A stretch of 63,325 nucleotides of DNA, counting the filler, from Nemertoderma westbladi (lineage: Eukaryota > Animalia > Xenacoelomorpha), in the NCBI GenBank assembly GCA_032718475.1. It is 4 parts of 4 records of this genome, joined end to end, with 100 filler letters (N's around TTAATTAATTAA, not from the genome) between each part and the next. Parts side by side here need not be neighbours in the genome. Positions count along the whole stretch, not along the records: positions 1 to 19,641 come from JAUCBJ010001525.1; 3 more parts are not named here. One strand, written 5' to 3'. Under the pieces are notes generated by a model, which was given only the letters and a program-made list of their open reading frames with translations, was not told the DNA's origin and did no database searches. Each line of letters opens with the position of its first letter. The stretch's first letter is position 1. This document shows positions 1 to 12,900 of the stretch, one piece after another. The position numbers and the translations under genes are program-made.

Positions 1-14
1 ATCACTTCGAAAGA

Positions 15-2925
15 TTGGACAGAAAAATCGAAAATTTTACTAAAGAAAAGGGGGGAGGTGGACTTCTTACATACACAAGTAAATCGTGGTGCCCTAATAA
101 ACCAGCGGTTATCGGAAGTGTATCACTGCCAGACATGGAATTGCTGGCAATTGCCTGTCGACCCAGATTTCTGCCGTCGGTGTATTCGTGTGTGATAATT
201 ATTAACATCTATATTAGACCGCAGGCTAAGTGGCCTGTCACTCGTAAAGAACTGAGAAAGATTTTCTCAACGATTATGCGTCTGCATCCCCGTGGGTTTT
301 TAATTGCTGTTGGCGACATCAATAAGAGTAAGTTAGGCTACCTAGAATCAATCAACCTTCATAACCTGGTGGAACAGCCTACTTTCATTCCCGCTAATTC
401 ACAATTGGATATTGCGTATGTGTCTAACAGAGATGTCTACAACTGTATTGTGGGGGCACCTATTGGCCCTGATCATTATTCTATTTACCTTGAACCGCTG
501 GAAAATTGCGAAAATCTTTATAAACGTAGAGTCCAAACTCGTTTATCGCGGAATTTGAGTGCTACAAATGAAAACATGGATAGAGTTCGTCAAATCTTTG
601 AGGAAACGGATTGGAGTATTTTCAGAGATGATGATGTTAGTACATCAGTGGATCAAACTGAATCATACATTAAATTTGTAATAGATGAAAATCTTCCAGT
701 AAAAAGGAAAAAGGTAATATCCGCTACTTCTAGAATGCCAATAGTTGAATTAAAACCATTGTTAAAGGACAAATTGAAAGCAATTCGAAACGGTGATAAA
801 GCACTTCGAAATGGGATTCAACGAAAGATAAACCGATTGGTTCTCAATAGCAGACAGAAGAGTTTTCGTTCGATGACGAAAACGGAATTATATGCTTGTT
901 GTCAGTTGCCTTTAAAGGGCAAGCGATTAAAAACTAGTTTCAACGAAGATGAAGTTGAAAAATTGAGCAAATTTTTTGTTAGATTTAATGAAGATACTCC
1001 AAAGGATGACGATGTGTTTTCTGGAACAATATATCCCAACGAAACAGTAATTACTCCGAAACAGGTGGAGGACAAATTTAGAGTTTTGGATGCGAAGACA
1101 GCTTGCGGACCTGGGATAGCGGACGCATCCATCTACAAAACTTTTGCGAGGGAACTTAGCATCCCCTACGCCACTATGTACACACAGAGCTTCCAGTCAC
1201 AAAAGTATCCCCTGGAATGGAAAAAGGCATATGTGTCATCGTTGGCTAAGAGTAAAGATTCAACTATAGAAGACATGAAAACATTTCGACCGGTATGTGT
1301 TTCTCCAATTAGTGCTCGCGGTATAGACAAGCTTGCACTTGAGATGTTTCGAATGGCTACTGAATTATCAGACGATAATTGCCAATTCGCTTATAAAAAG
1401 AATCGATCAACGGCAGATGCAGTAATTACTTTAATCCATCAAATTTCATCTGCATTGGACACACCATCAACAATAGCAAAATGCATTTTCATAGACTACT
1501 CTTCAGCGTTCAATACGGTTCTTCAGCGCAAGTTTCTAAATAAACTGTTGAACGAGTTATCCCCAGAATATAAATGGCTAGCAACCTGGATTCATTCTTA
1601 TATGAATAACTTTCGACAAATCGTTAAATCAGGAACGGTAATGTCGGCTGAGCAAGCAGTGACAGTCGGTTTCCCTCAAGGCGGGCCCATGAGCGGACCT
1701 TTATTTACGAAAAATACAGATGATATTAAATCCACAGACAATTCTATAGCGAAATATTCCGATGACACGCGGACCCAAAAAGCGATTACAAATTGGTCAG
1801 ATAACTTAGTATATGAAAATACGATTGCAAATATAATCGAAAGATCTATTGAGAAAAATTTAAAGATTAATCCTAAGAAGTCAGAGGAGCTTTGCTTCAT
1901 ACCTCGAAACTTACAAAATGAGCTACTGCTTGATATTTCTGCATCACGTATTGTAATTGATGGTAAATGTGTTCCACGTCCCACAGCGGTAAAATATTTA
2001 GGTGTATTTATTTCCCAAGATTTATCGTGGAACCAGCATGTCAATCACGTTGTTCATAAAGCTAATTACTCAGTGCGACAATTTAGCTTTATAGTTCGAT
2101 TTTTAACTGAGAGAACGGCTATATTCATTTTTAACACATATATTTTACCGATTTATACATACTGTGCTGTTGCCTGGGTACCGAATATTACTGAAAAGCT
2201 GCGGAAAAAACTACGTAGGCCGATTTCGCTATATGCCAAACATTCAAAAGTTAATAAACAGATGCTTTTTGATATTGTAAATGGTTGTTATAAAGGTATT
2301 TTTAAGAAAATGGTCGACAAAATTATAGATTCAAAAGATCATCCGTTGCATAAATCGTTGTTAGCACATACCTCTAGAAATGCCTCAACTAGGAACAATT
2401 TTGCCATATCTTACTGTCGTACTCACAATTATAGAAACTCTTTTATACCAACTGCACTGCGTTTTTTGAACAAGCCGGAAACTTTACAATATTTGTAGTA
2501 ACAATATTGTTATTACATCTTTTCGGCCATAGTACCGTGTTTTACTTTGATTATCTTTTTTTTTAGAAAATACCGTTTTAATTTTTATTTGACTAGTATA
2601 ATTCTAATTTTTGTAATATCTGCATCATTATATGAACTCATTTCCTGCCATATATATAGTTTTTATATATCTGCCTTATATGAATTGTCCCAACTTGTTG
2701 AATATCATAGTACTTAATGATAGGTTCGATTTTAGCTCTTAAAGTGTGCATATTTTAATTAATATTTTGAAATTTTTAATAGATCACGGTAATATAACTT
2801 AATCTACATAGCGTATTTTATAATCATATACATTTCTTTTTACTTTAATTGCTTGATGTGCATTAATAATATTCCTCTTTATATATCCATATACGGGAAT
2901 AAAAGCCAATATTAATAATAATAAT
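15..2925 (+). mobile_element. Non-LTR retrotransposon, Rex1/Babar-like; uninterrupted APE+RT ORF (15..2498, 5'-truncated by contig start), 3'UTR and (AAT)n tail
   Basis: APE motifs CRPRFLPSVYSCVIIINIYIRP, AVGDIN, LDIAY and PDH. RT motifs FIDYSSAFNTV, GFPQGG, KYSDD and KYLGVFIS. AATAAA at ~2898 followed by aataataat. Confidence 0.88.
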
Positions 2926-3752
2926 TATAACTTCCTATAACATGCTATAACCACTTATAACGAGCTATAATCTGAAAATTTACAATAAAAAACATATTTT
3001 AGAATGGATTTATTTTCCTAGTCAGTATTTTAATTACGAAATTTGGTTTTTTAGTCCATAATGCTTTTCATCTTTGTGGTATCACGAAATCAGTCATTAC
3101 TGCATTAGTCAGCATGCCACTACTGCATTATCTGACTATCAGACAGTGCAGCAGTGGAGAGGTCTCCCATTTCTCTGTCTATCCTCCACCCTGCTATCCG
3201 CTGTCAGCTTCTGGTCGATATAGAATACAGGAATTATTGCGCCATATGTAATGTCCATACTCACTTAATATAAACTTGTATAGCCTTTGTGGTTTTTAAT
3301 ATAACCCAGTTGGTGGTGGTCTGTTGTTTTAACATGTTGTAAACATGTATGACCTTTGTTTATTGGTTAAGTAATGTTATATATCTGTAATCAGTTTGGT
3401 GGTGGTTGATTGAGACTGAGCCTTATGTAAGATACTTTAATTTTAAATTCTTGCCAACTTATTACACATAACTTTTGAAACATTACACCATATAGGCCAA
3501 TAAAAAAACTTACCATTATCAATTAGGCATAGGCAGATAGGCCTACCCTAATTTTTAACCTGCGGTATTCTTCAGACCACCGTGTTAATCCAAAAGTTAA
3601 ACAAACCCAAAGGGCGTTTTTTTAATGTAAATTTTCATTTATAGCTCGTTACAGGTGGTTATAGCTTGTTTATAGAAAGTTATAGCCCGTTATAGATATC
3701 GTTATAGATCGTTATAGCCCGTTATAGATCGTTCTACCTTTTAGTACGAACC
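2925..3752. mobile_element. Non-autonomous inverted-repeat element with short tandem units (ctataac/gttatag); left arm truncated by the Rex1-like LINE
   Basis: 2925-2993 is the near reverse complement of 3617-3684. The right arm continues to ...ccttttagtacgaacc. Confidence 0.6.
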
Positions 3753-4198
3753 GTATTCTGGCATCTGCAGATATGATTTTAAGGTATTACTGTCTGACTG
3801 TATTAGCCACACCTGACAATGTACAAATCTACAATCTGACAATGGAATGCAACAGCCAACAGGCAAACTTTTAAAGGTTATATACAAATTACTTAGTAAA
3901 TTTGTTAATCTATTACACTATCTAAAATTGTAATAAATCATTGCATCAGCTCTTTTCAATATTGTTAAGTAAATCCAATTTTTGCAATACTGAAACATTT
4001 TGTTAAGTACTTATTAAAATTTATTAGTATGAAATAAGTGTTGACCAATTTAGTAATTATGTTGAAGTAGCTTCTGCTGCTACCTATGATAAGTAACTGG
4101 ACTGCGTGGCTCGCCCCACATTACAGTTAAATACTGGTGTTATGAAACTCTCACTTGATTTAGTATGCCTGAAATGGCACTAAATAAAATAAACAAAC

Positions 4199-4384
4199 CG
4201 TAATATAGACTTTTATCTAGAACGCAGACTCCCAACTGTTCCCTTCCTGGGCACCCACCACCCCATCTCTCCTTTTCGCATCGCCTCCATCTTCTGTGTT
4301 CGAGGACTTCTAAAGAAGGTGGAGGAACTTCTGGACACAAATTTGTATTCTGAAGCTGAAACCACTCCGACCAAACACCGACAT
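4199..4384 (-). CDS. Isolated phase-1 exon encoding a thrombospondin type-1-like module (parent gene not resolved)
   Basis: Acceptor tttttgcag and donor G|gtttgt. Translation DVGVWSEWFQLQNTNLCPE...HRRWRRCEKERWGGGCPG...C has WxxW, RxRxC and Cys spacing reminiscent of TSP1. Confidence 0.4.
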
Positions 4385-5239
4385 CTGCAAAAATAATTGC
4401 GGTTAAATTATTAAATATTATTTGTGTCTGAAGTTTATTTATTATGTTAACATTTTAATTATGAACTCTTACCACAGACAAATTACTGGGGTTGGAGACA
4501 CAGAAATTGTTTTCCAATTTCTTTGGTTTCATGTAAAGAAATACGATTTCATATGGAAAAAAACCCCATAGATCAATAAATTGTACTTAAAAAATAATAT
4601 TAACCGACTTATAGCGATCTTATAACAGACAATAATTGTCAACATAAAAAAAATGAACAATGAATAATAATTCCTGACATGTAGAAAAATTGAACACAAT
4701 AATTTAGAATGCGAGCCAGGGCCGTATTCGTTTCGGCACGAATGCTTTCAAGGGTGTAGCATATGGGGTCCTTGCATCATTAAATGGAAGCCTAATGAGT
4801 ACTGAAGTTTCCTCTGGGGAGTATAGTTCTTGGGGGCCCTGGACTGGAATTAAGTCGTCCGACTTTGTGCGAATTCCCTGGGCTAATTGCCAAATCATTT
4901 GCATTACTTTTTGAGTCTCCCACCCCAATGTGCTATAATCTACTATAAATTATCATATTAATTACGTCTTTTTTCTTCTAAGGAGCAAATTTCCTTTTGT
5001 CTTTCCTCATCGTCTATTCCCTCACATAAGCACTAAAATATAAATAATTGAATTGAACTATTGTAAAATAAAATAATTATTTAGTAGTAATCTTGTTGTA
5101 GCAGGTGATCCTACCTCTTCGAGCTATTCCGACATGTTCCATTTATCTATTCTGAAAATATGTAACACCAAACCCACTATCAACAGTACATTAAAATTAT
5201 ATATAAATTAAATTTGGAAGCAATACTATTTAGATAAGC

Positions 5240-5272
5240 TGATTTAGATTTAGATTTAGATTTAGATTTAGA
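5240..5272 (+). repeat. (GATTTA)n microsatellite
   Basis: Five direct hexamer copies. Confidence 0.85.
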
Positions 5273-5437
5273 TATTACAGATAAGTATTGCCCATGCAAT
5301 ATTAACCCAGAATTCCAAACACTTGCAGAAGCTGAGGTACAACTTTGGACTGTGTTGGTGCTCATGGCCTTAGCTTTCGCAATAACCATAGCAAGTACTC
5401 ATGGTAAAATTTCTGATGTCATATCTCTCCTAAAAAT

Positions 5438-6080
5438 GATGCACTGGATGACCAATTATACAGGACTACATGCGATCTCGTATCAATGGTGCACTGGATG
5501 ACCAATCATACAGGACTAATTGCGATCTCGTAACAATGGTGCACTGGATGACCAATCATACAGGACTACATGCGATCTTGTAATGATGGTGCACTGGATG
5601 ACCACTCATACAGGACTACAATGGATCTCATAATGATGGTGCACTGGATGACAAATCATATGGGACTACATTTAATCTCTTAATGATGGTGCTCTGGATG
5701 ACCAATCATACAGGACTACAGACAATTTTGTAACGATGGTGCACTGGATGACCACTCATACAGGACTACAATGGATCTCATAATGATGGTGCACTGGATG
5801 ACAAATCATATGGGACTACATGTGATCTCTTAATGATGGTGCACTAGATGACAATCATATGGGACTGCATGCGATCTTGTAACAATGGTGCACTGGATGA
5901 CCACGTATACAGGACTACAGGCGATCTCGTAATGATGGTGCATTGGATGACCACTCACATGGGACTACATGCAATCTCGTATTGATGGTGCACTGAATGA
6001 CCACTCATATGGGACTACAGGCGATCTCGTAATGATGGTGCACTGGATGACAACTTATACGGGACTACATGTGATCTTGC
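5438..6080 (+). repeat. 50-bp minisatellite, about 13 copies
   Basis: gcactggatgacca recurs at 5441, 5491, 5541, 5591, 5641, 5691, 5741, 5791, 5841 and onward to ~6040. Confidence 0.93.
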
Positions 6081-6665
6081 ACCCATATAGCTTTCCTCCA
6101 CGTATACAGGAACAGCAACTGCATTTTCTATGGACAACGAATTGAAAGACGTCCTTCAATTTCTTTTCACAGTTATAATCCATAAGGCAACTGAGACACA
6201 GGGCCAATTGAAAAGGGCCAAAACTCCTGATCGAAAATGATTAAGGAAATTTGCAAGGTTCCTAGTGTAAACTCATACCTATTCCAGAAGACTTCTGTGC
6301 TAATCATCCATGGCAATACCATAATCGGAGCACTACATCTCCAGCTAGTTTTAATGAAGTTTTCTCTCTTTAAATACTCCTGTCTGAGACTAGTGCGTTA
6401 CCAAAACGAACCAAGTATAAGTAAAACGGATTACTGCAACACACACACTTCCACACTGTAAAACTATGTCATGGTTGTTGATTATTTATATATGCTATAA
6501 ATATAGTTGCAAACCAGAGAAATATACTAAATTAATAGTAATTCATGTGAACAGTGAACATGTGAGAAGTCTTGGCACACGACACATTACAGTTTTATCA
6601 CTAACTTATATTATTATGTTGTAATTATTTATTGACGAATATTGCTCAGGGTAAAGATTGTAAAC

Positions 6666-7313
6666 CTATGTGGATGTAGCTTTCTCTATCATTTGCTGGT
6701 ACTGTTTTAGTTGGTAATGTGGATACCATTTTTTATCACAAGAAAAATACTGAGAAAATGCATGCATTATGTGAGATTGATACTTATGAAGGATTTGACA
6801 GTATTAATGGTTACGGAAATACTTACTGGTGGTGCTGTTTCAGGTTTGTCTTCATTTTTAGCATCATCACTAATGGCCACATAATCGTATGCTTCGTTGA
6901 GTATTAGATCAGCATCTGGTACATCTTCAGCATATTGATCGTTCAACTGACAGGAAAGTGGCTTCTTCTTTCGATAATTGAAAGACTTGCATTTTTTAAT
7001 GCTGCAACACAATTTATTATGAGCACTTATTTAATTTTTTTTAGTTAACCTCAAAGGGACTTCTCTCAAATGCTGCATATTTTTATATCATATATTTATA
7101 TGCTTACCGGAGGCACATACGACTGCAATTTATCCTTGAGACAGACTTTGATATATTTTTGACAACATGATTAATCAGCTGATGGTCTTCAGAAGAGCCA
7201 TGGTTACCTTCACCGAAGGTGGTGTCTCTATAGCAACTGACAATCGATTCTCCTTTGCTACAACATATTTTATCAATGATGATAATTAGTACTAACAGGT
7301 GTCGATAATCCAT
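6666..7313 (-). CDS. Small secreted PAN/Apple-domain protein; three exons 7313-7108, 7001-6827, 6749-6666 (154 aa)
   Basis: Hydrophobic N-terminus MDYRHLLVLIIIIDKICC. GT-AG introns (CG|gtaagc..ttgcag|C; CCA|gtaagt..ctcag|TAT) keep frame and rebuild CSRMCLRIKKCKSFNY..SCQLN, the PAN consensus. AATAAA lies ~35 nt after the stop. Confidence 0.75.
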
Positions 7314-8792
7314 ACTAAATGTAATGCAGTTTTGAAGAAAGAGAACCCGTTTTATTTTAAATGCAGTACTGGTAATAATTGAATTTATTAAACGTTGTGT
7401 GGCACACAAATCGCCTGGACTCAAATCAAATCAATGAAAGATGATATATTCCCGTCAACCTATATCCAAATAATAATTCTTACACTATTAGGAACACCTC
7501 TCGAATTAGGGCATGGGATTGGTTAATGAGCTGCTATACCTTGATAGGAAGTTGAAATCGTATATGGAATGTTTCGCTTAAATTTAATTTAATACACCAC
7601 TTTCCCATAAATAAACACAAAACTTGTAACACAAAACTTGCACTTGTGTTACTTGGTTATAAATCCTATGTTCCTATGTGCTGCATGCAACATAGTTTAA
7701 ATGTTGTCCTCCCAGTGTTGTAAGCCACTTCGAGATTATACAATTATTCTATAGTAGTAAAACATTGTAATACCAAAACCCATCACCACCCAAGAGGCAT
7801 GTCAGAAGTCCATTACCGATCATTTCTTTCATACAATTTAGGAAATTAAACTTGTGGTCTTATCCTGCAAACTTATTGAAGAAACACAAAAAAACGCACA
7901 AAAAAGGAGCAATTGTATAATCGGGAACTCGACCCATCATTGTACTTCAGAGACACCATACTACCTCCTCTCCAAATAGACTCACACCTCTAAACTACCT
8001 CTTTTATATTTAACCTGCACCATAACCTAACCAAATAAACTAAAATGATAACATTATTTTAAAGATTTAACAACAGCCTATACATATTTATTAGAAAAAT
8101 ATAATATAATATTGCAATAATGCAATAAATGCAAAAATGCAATAATATATTGCATTTGTCAACCTCATAAAAGGAAAGCGCTAATTAGGTGGAACAAAAA
8201 TAATCAAATTTACAATAATGTGGGTGCATTTCGAAAGTCTGAGAATAGTAGGAGCTAATCTCCGGCGCTCTTACCAGATTGACTAGAAATTAGCCAGACC
8301 TATCTATATTGCACAGACTTAGTTAATTTGTACAACAGAATAAATTACACGCCCCGCACAAACCCCAATTGGACAGACAAATACACCACTTAAACTTAAC
8401 GTAAATTAATGGATGTGTATTTGTTTAGTATAGCTATACAAAATAATAAAACATAATTTTTATAATAATATTTACTGTATGCTAGTATTTGGTATTCCAA
8501 TATTGTTTTATAATGTAAAAGTTAATCTACAATTATTTATTATTATATTAAACAACTTTTCATCAACCCCACACACTGACCCCAACAACCACCCACCCCG
8601 ACTTTAATATAATTATAACAGTTCGCTGATGGCTCGCAGTTTTGACACGCTCACATCAGTTGTTGTAGTGTATTTTAGATCCATTATTCCGATTTATAGT
8701 TTATTATTGGTGTTATGGGTGAATGTGTAGTTTCATATTATATTTCATACTATAACGTTTTGTTGGGCACAGCTTTTGCAGTCGACAATGAC

Positions 8793-8862
8793 GTCCAGGT
8801 GGGATCGAACTGGTGACCTCCGAGTTAGAAGTCGGACGCTCTAACCATTCAGCTAGCGGCTC
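8793..8862 (-). mobile_element. tRNA-derived SINE head or tRNA(Arg-TCT)-like pseudogene
   Basis: Minus strand gagccgcTAGCTGAATGGttagagcgtccgacttctaactcggaggtcaccaGTTCGATCCcacctggac has A and B boxes. The acceptor stem does not pair. Confidence 0.65.
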
Positions 8863-9159
8863 AGGTAAAAGATAGACCTGGAAATACTATCTGATACCTT
8901 GAATGTCCGCAATTTACCTCATCATGGCCTCCCATCTGTCAATACCATCATAATGCTGCCACTGTGCTCAACCCCACCGTACTTGGTCGTCTTTAACCAC
9001 TCGCTACAATGAAAGGGTAGTATATATGAACCATGAACCAACACGGCCACAATGATTAATTAAACCCTCTGCACTACCCAGTCGTTCGGGAATTTCTGTC
9101 AACTGGCTCCCGTCACATTTTGTGATACTGAGTGGGTGGAAAATTGGAAATTAACTACT

Positions 9160-10653
9160 AGGATCGGCATGCTGCATTGCAGCTGCATTTTTAAGAATGC
9201 TGTGCCGGCTTGTCAACAAAATTGCACCGCCACAACTCCCTATCACCCATGACATTTGCTAGATCATCCGCATCTTTAAGGCCAGTGTCCTTTAAGATGC
9301 GTCTCAAGAAAGTCATGGGCTGTCCACCATGCTTATTCACTCCATGAGGCTGCCAAAGTACAAGATTATGCACTGGCTGGTCCTCACGGCGAAAGCAATG
9401 TCCTGCAAAGCGGAGGCGATTTTGTTCTAGTGTCAAGCTTGGGGGAACCAATGAGACACCTCCAATGTTATATAGTGTCTGGTTGGAGATGTGTGCATTG
9501 TACTTGACACAATGAACCCGGCGTAGCATTCTTGTGAATGTGCCATCCAGAGATTTGGTGTCCTCAGCAGTTAGAGCCCAGCATGGACTCCCGTAGAGGA
9601 GTACTGGAACTACTGCTGCTCTAAATAATCGGACCTTAAGTTTCCGATTAATTCTCGGTGACTTCCAAATCCTGGAAAGCCTATTCAAGGCTGCCCATGC
9701 CTTTCCCTTACGTATTCGAAGGTCCTCACCTGACTTCCGGATCCATGATCCCAGGTAACAGAAGTCGTCCACGTGCTCAAGCATACCATCCTTTGAGCTT
9801 ATGCTCATCCGATCAGAGACTTGCTGAGGACTTTCAAAGTTAACTGTCAGAATTTTGGTCTTTCTGGAGTTAATAAAAAGACCAACACTAGAAGCATCAT
9901 GTTCTAATGAGCTGAGGAGCCGTTGGGCTCCCTCTAATGATTCTGAGAGTACTCCTAAGTCATCAGCAAAGTCTAGATCAGTTAGGTACTTGGCAGGATT
10001 TCCTCGACTTCTGGAGCCAGTAGGTGGAGTTATCATCACCCCATCATCATTATAATGATCTAAGGACATGCGTAGAACATAGTCAACCACAATAATGAAC
10101 AAGAATGGTTCAAGTGTGTCTCCTTGGAGGACGCCCCATAACACTTCAAATGGTTCTGTGTCACCGTCAACAGTAGACACAAATGTTGTCGAACCATCGT
10201 ATACTGATCTGATTGCTGCAATAATTTCATCAGGAATCCCATATAATGAAAGTATGCTGAACATACGTGAGCGAGAGACTGAATCAAAGGCCTTGAAGAA
10301 GTCAACAAAGATAACAGCCAGATGCCTGTCTTTCTTTTTTGATAACTCTTCAATTATCCTTCTAAGTGCCAAAATGGGCTCCATGGTCCCACGACCTTTA
10401 CGGAACCCATTCTGATTTCCTCGGAGCAGTCTCTCAATGGGATCCCTGATGCGATTTAATAGAATCCTATTGTATAGTTTTGCAGCAATCGAGATCAATG
10501 AGATTCCCCGAAAAGAACCATAGAGTGTTAGGTTGCCCTTCTTGGGAACTGGCACCAACTTATTTGTTTTCATTTCTTGTGGGACTCTTGTTGTTCGGTA
10601 CATGTCTACTATGATGGGATAGATGAGCTTTAAACACTCAGGTATTTTAAAGA
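9160..10653 (-). mobile_element. RTE-clade LINE, 5'-truncated copy A (RT domain and 3' tail)
   Basis: Motifs FVDFFKAFDSV, GVLQGDTL, LDFADD, FCYLGS and RLRFAGHCFR; short 3'UTR ending tagtagt. Near-identical to 41820-43765. Confidence 0.95.
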
Positions 10654-10661
10654 TTTTGGAT

Positions 10662-10716
10662 GTAGTACTACTACAACTAGGATCGGCATGCTGCATTGCA
10701 GCTGCATTTTTAAGAA
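10662..10716 (-). mobile_element. Extra ~55-bp 3' terminus of the same RTE family, head-to-tail with copy A
   Basis: ctaggatcggcatgctgcattgcagctgcatttttaagaa is identical to 9158-9197 and has its own tagtag tail. Confidence 0.9.
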
Positions 10717-11799
10717 ATTAAACTACTTATTGAATACGTGCATACTGCATATTTGTGTGTAGAACCATACAGAATATGCCTGTATGTATTCGTGCAAATA
10801 TGCATGTATGTATGCGTGCATATAAGCACACAATGCTTGCACCAGTATGTAGGACTACATATGCTTAGCCCAGTATGCCTCCATATATGCCTGCATATAT
10901 GCACATGTGCATGCAACAGATTGTGCGTAACATTTACGCCCAATGAAAAGTTATCAGCGATACATATGACTTAAAATCTAATACGTACATTTTCCAAATA
11001 TTAAAATTTAATTAACTCTTCTTAACCCTTCATTTACAACACCTACTTGATCATCTGTTACAGATGAACAGCCAGACCGTGACGGTTCAAACAGCAGTAT
11101 CCGATCCGCTTTATAAGCTCGCTTAATTCGTCGCTCACCCTACTCTAAATTATTGTATATTGTATTATATGCCTAACTTTATTCATAGTAACACTGTAGT
11201 GTAGACAATATAAAGAAAATATTTGCAAAATTTATAATACAGAAGCACATTCAATGAAGCAGGTGAGCATATTTCATTCCGTTTTGGTTTTATTTATCCT
11301 ACATTTAAGAAGTTTTTGCTAGAACAACATGAAGACGTTCATTATAAAATATTAATAGGGAATAAATACGAAAACGCCAATCATTTAGTGAAGACAAAAA
11401 ATATATTCATTGGGAATTGATTTGCCAGTTGGAAAAGAGATGAACAACATTGCAACAATGTGGTGATGTGTGTTTATTTATTAATTTATTTCTAACATAT
11501 CACCGCAGGCAATAGTACAGCGTACATAGATAGAAACCAAGTACAAAGAGGGTAGATGATGATGGTAATACAACAATATAAATATAACTATTGTACGACT
11601 ACGATGTCCAAATAAACTGTAAATTATCGTCCAATTCTTCTGTGGAGAAACCTGGTACATATAGAACGTCATCATTACTGTATATACAAATTACTAAATC
11701 TCGACAAAGATTAATATATGGTAAATTTGAATTATTTACGAACCATGAATATTTTTGCACAATTTCTGAGTCAAAATATGATTAGATACCTTACATTTA

Positions 11800-12900
11800 T
11801 TGGCGACATGTTTTAGATTTGCACCACTATCCAATTTGACCTACAATTCATTAACTGGCTAGGAAACGTGTATAGTGGGTTTAGCACAAATCGTATTTGT
11901 TGAAGCAAACTTAACAAAACGACGCATAACAACGTCATTGGATGGGGAAATCTGAAAGTCCCTCAACAAAATACATAGGTGTATTTCCCGTAATTTCCAA
12001 GTTAAACGAAAATTAATATTCCAACTAGTAATTAACTTGTGCCAACTATCACTCCAAATATCACATAAATTACTGCCGTAGAAGCTTGTCGCGTTAATAC
12101 GCTGAATTTTACAAATATTGTGGGGATGTGCAAAGTGAAATTCACGTCTAATACAATTTAATTTACCTATAAATTTACCTCTTTTACTTAATGTATCATT
12201 GTCGAATTTTCAATGTTACCCAAATGAGTAGCTTCTTTAACACACGGTAAAATAATGTCTCGGATATGCACAGAGGCTATGGGGACATCCCATCTGAATC
12301 CGAATGGGATGCACTTCGATTTACTTTTAATTGCATCACAGTTAGTACTAAATGACATCCGAAATTCATCAGCAAATATGACACAAATATTTAACATTGC
12401 TTGTAACCCTTTGATCGACGGACATAATAAGAAAATATCGTCTGCATAGATGAGTACGCCGTCAAATCTAGATGCAATATGACAACCTTGGCCACTTTCT
12501 CTAAATCTAATCATTAATTTATTTATAATAACACAAAATAATAACGGCGAGGCTACTAAAGCTTGCCTGACACCATTGCCAATACTGAAAGTTATGGAAT
12601 AGGTTGAACCCCACTTCACGAAACAGCACTGGCCATTATACATAAATATTAATGTACGCAAAAACAACGGTGAAAAGCCTTTAACGAATAGTTCTAGAAA
12701 TAACGACTTTCATTCGATCATATCAAACGCTTTAGTTAGATCTAATAAACAACCAAAAACTGGGGTTGAAAATCTGTGATAGAATGCAATTGTTTCCTTA
12801 GCAGCCCATGTACACATATTGGTACTCGAGTTACGCTGGAAGCCAAATTGCAAATCGTTGTGGTCGAATACGTCACCTTGAGACAATAACATTACCCATT
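11800..12900 (-). pseudogene. Decayed non-LTR reverse transcriptase fragment
   Basis: QFGFQ, LLDLTKAFD, NGVRQ, IYADDIFLL and HLGN spread across frameshifted ORFs 12710..12892 and 12188..12667. Confidence 0.85.

Noticed and set aside
5438-6080. CRISPR-like array (constant blocks with variable intervals)
   Set aside because: The variable parts are homologous to each other, not unique spacers. The context is eukaryotic and there are no cas genes.
8793-8862. Functional tRNA-Arg(TCT)
   Set aside because: The acceptor stem cannot form; treated as a SINE head or pseudogene.
10654-10696. N-terminus MQHADPSCSSTTSKI of ORF 9191..10696
   Set aside because: Artefact of reading through the extra RTE 3' stub; not a real start.
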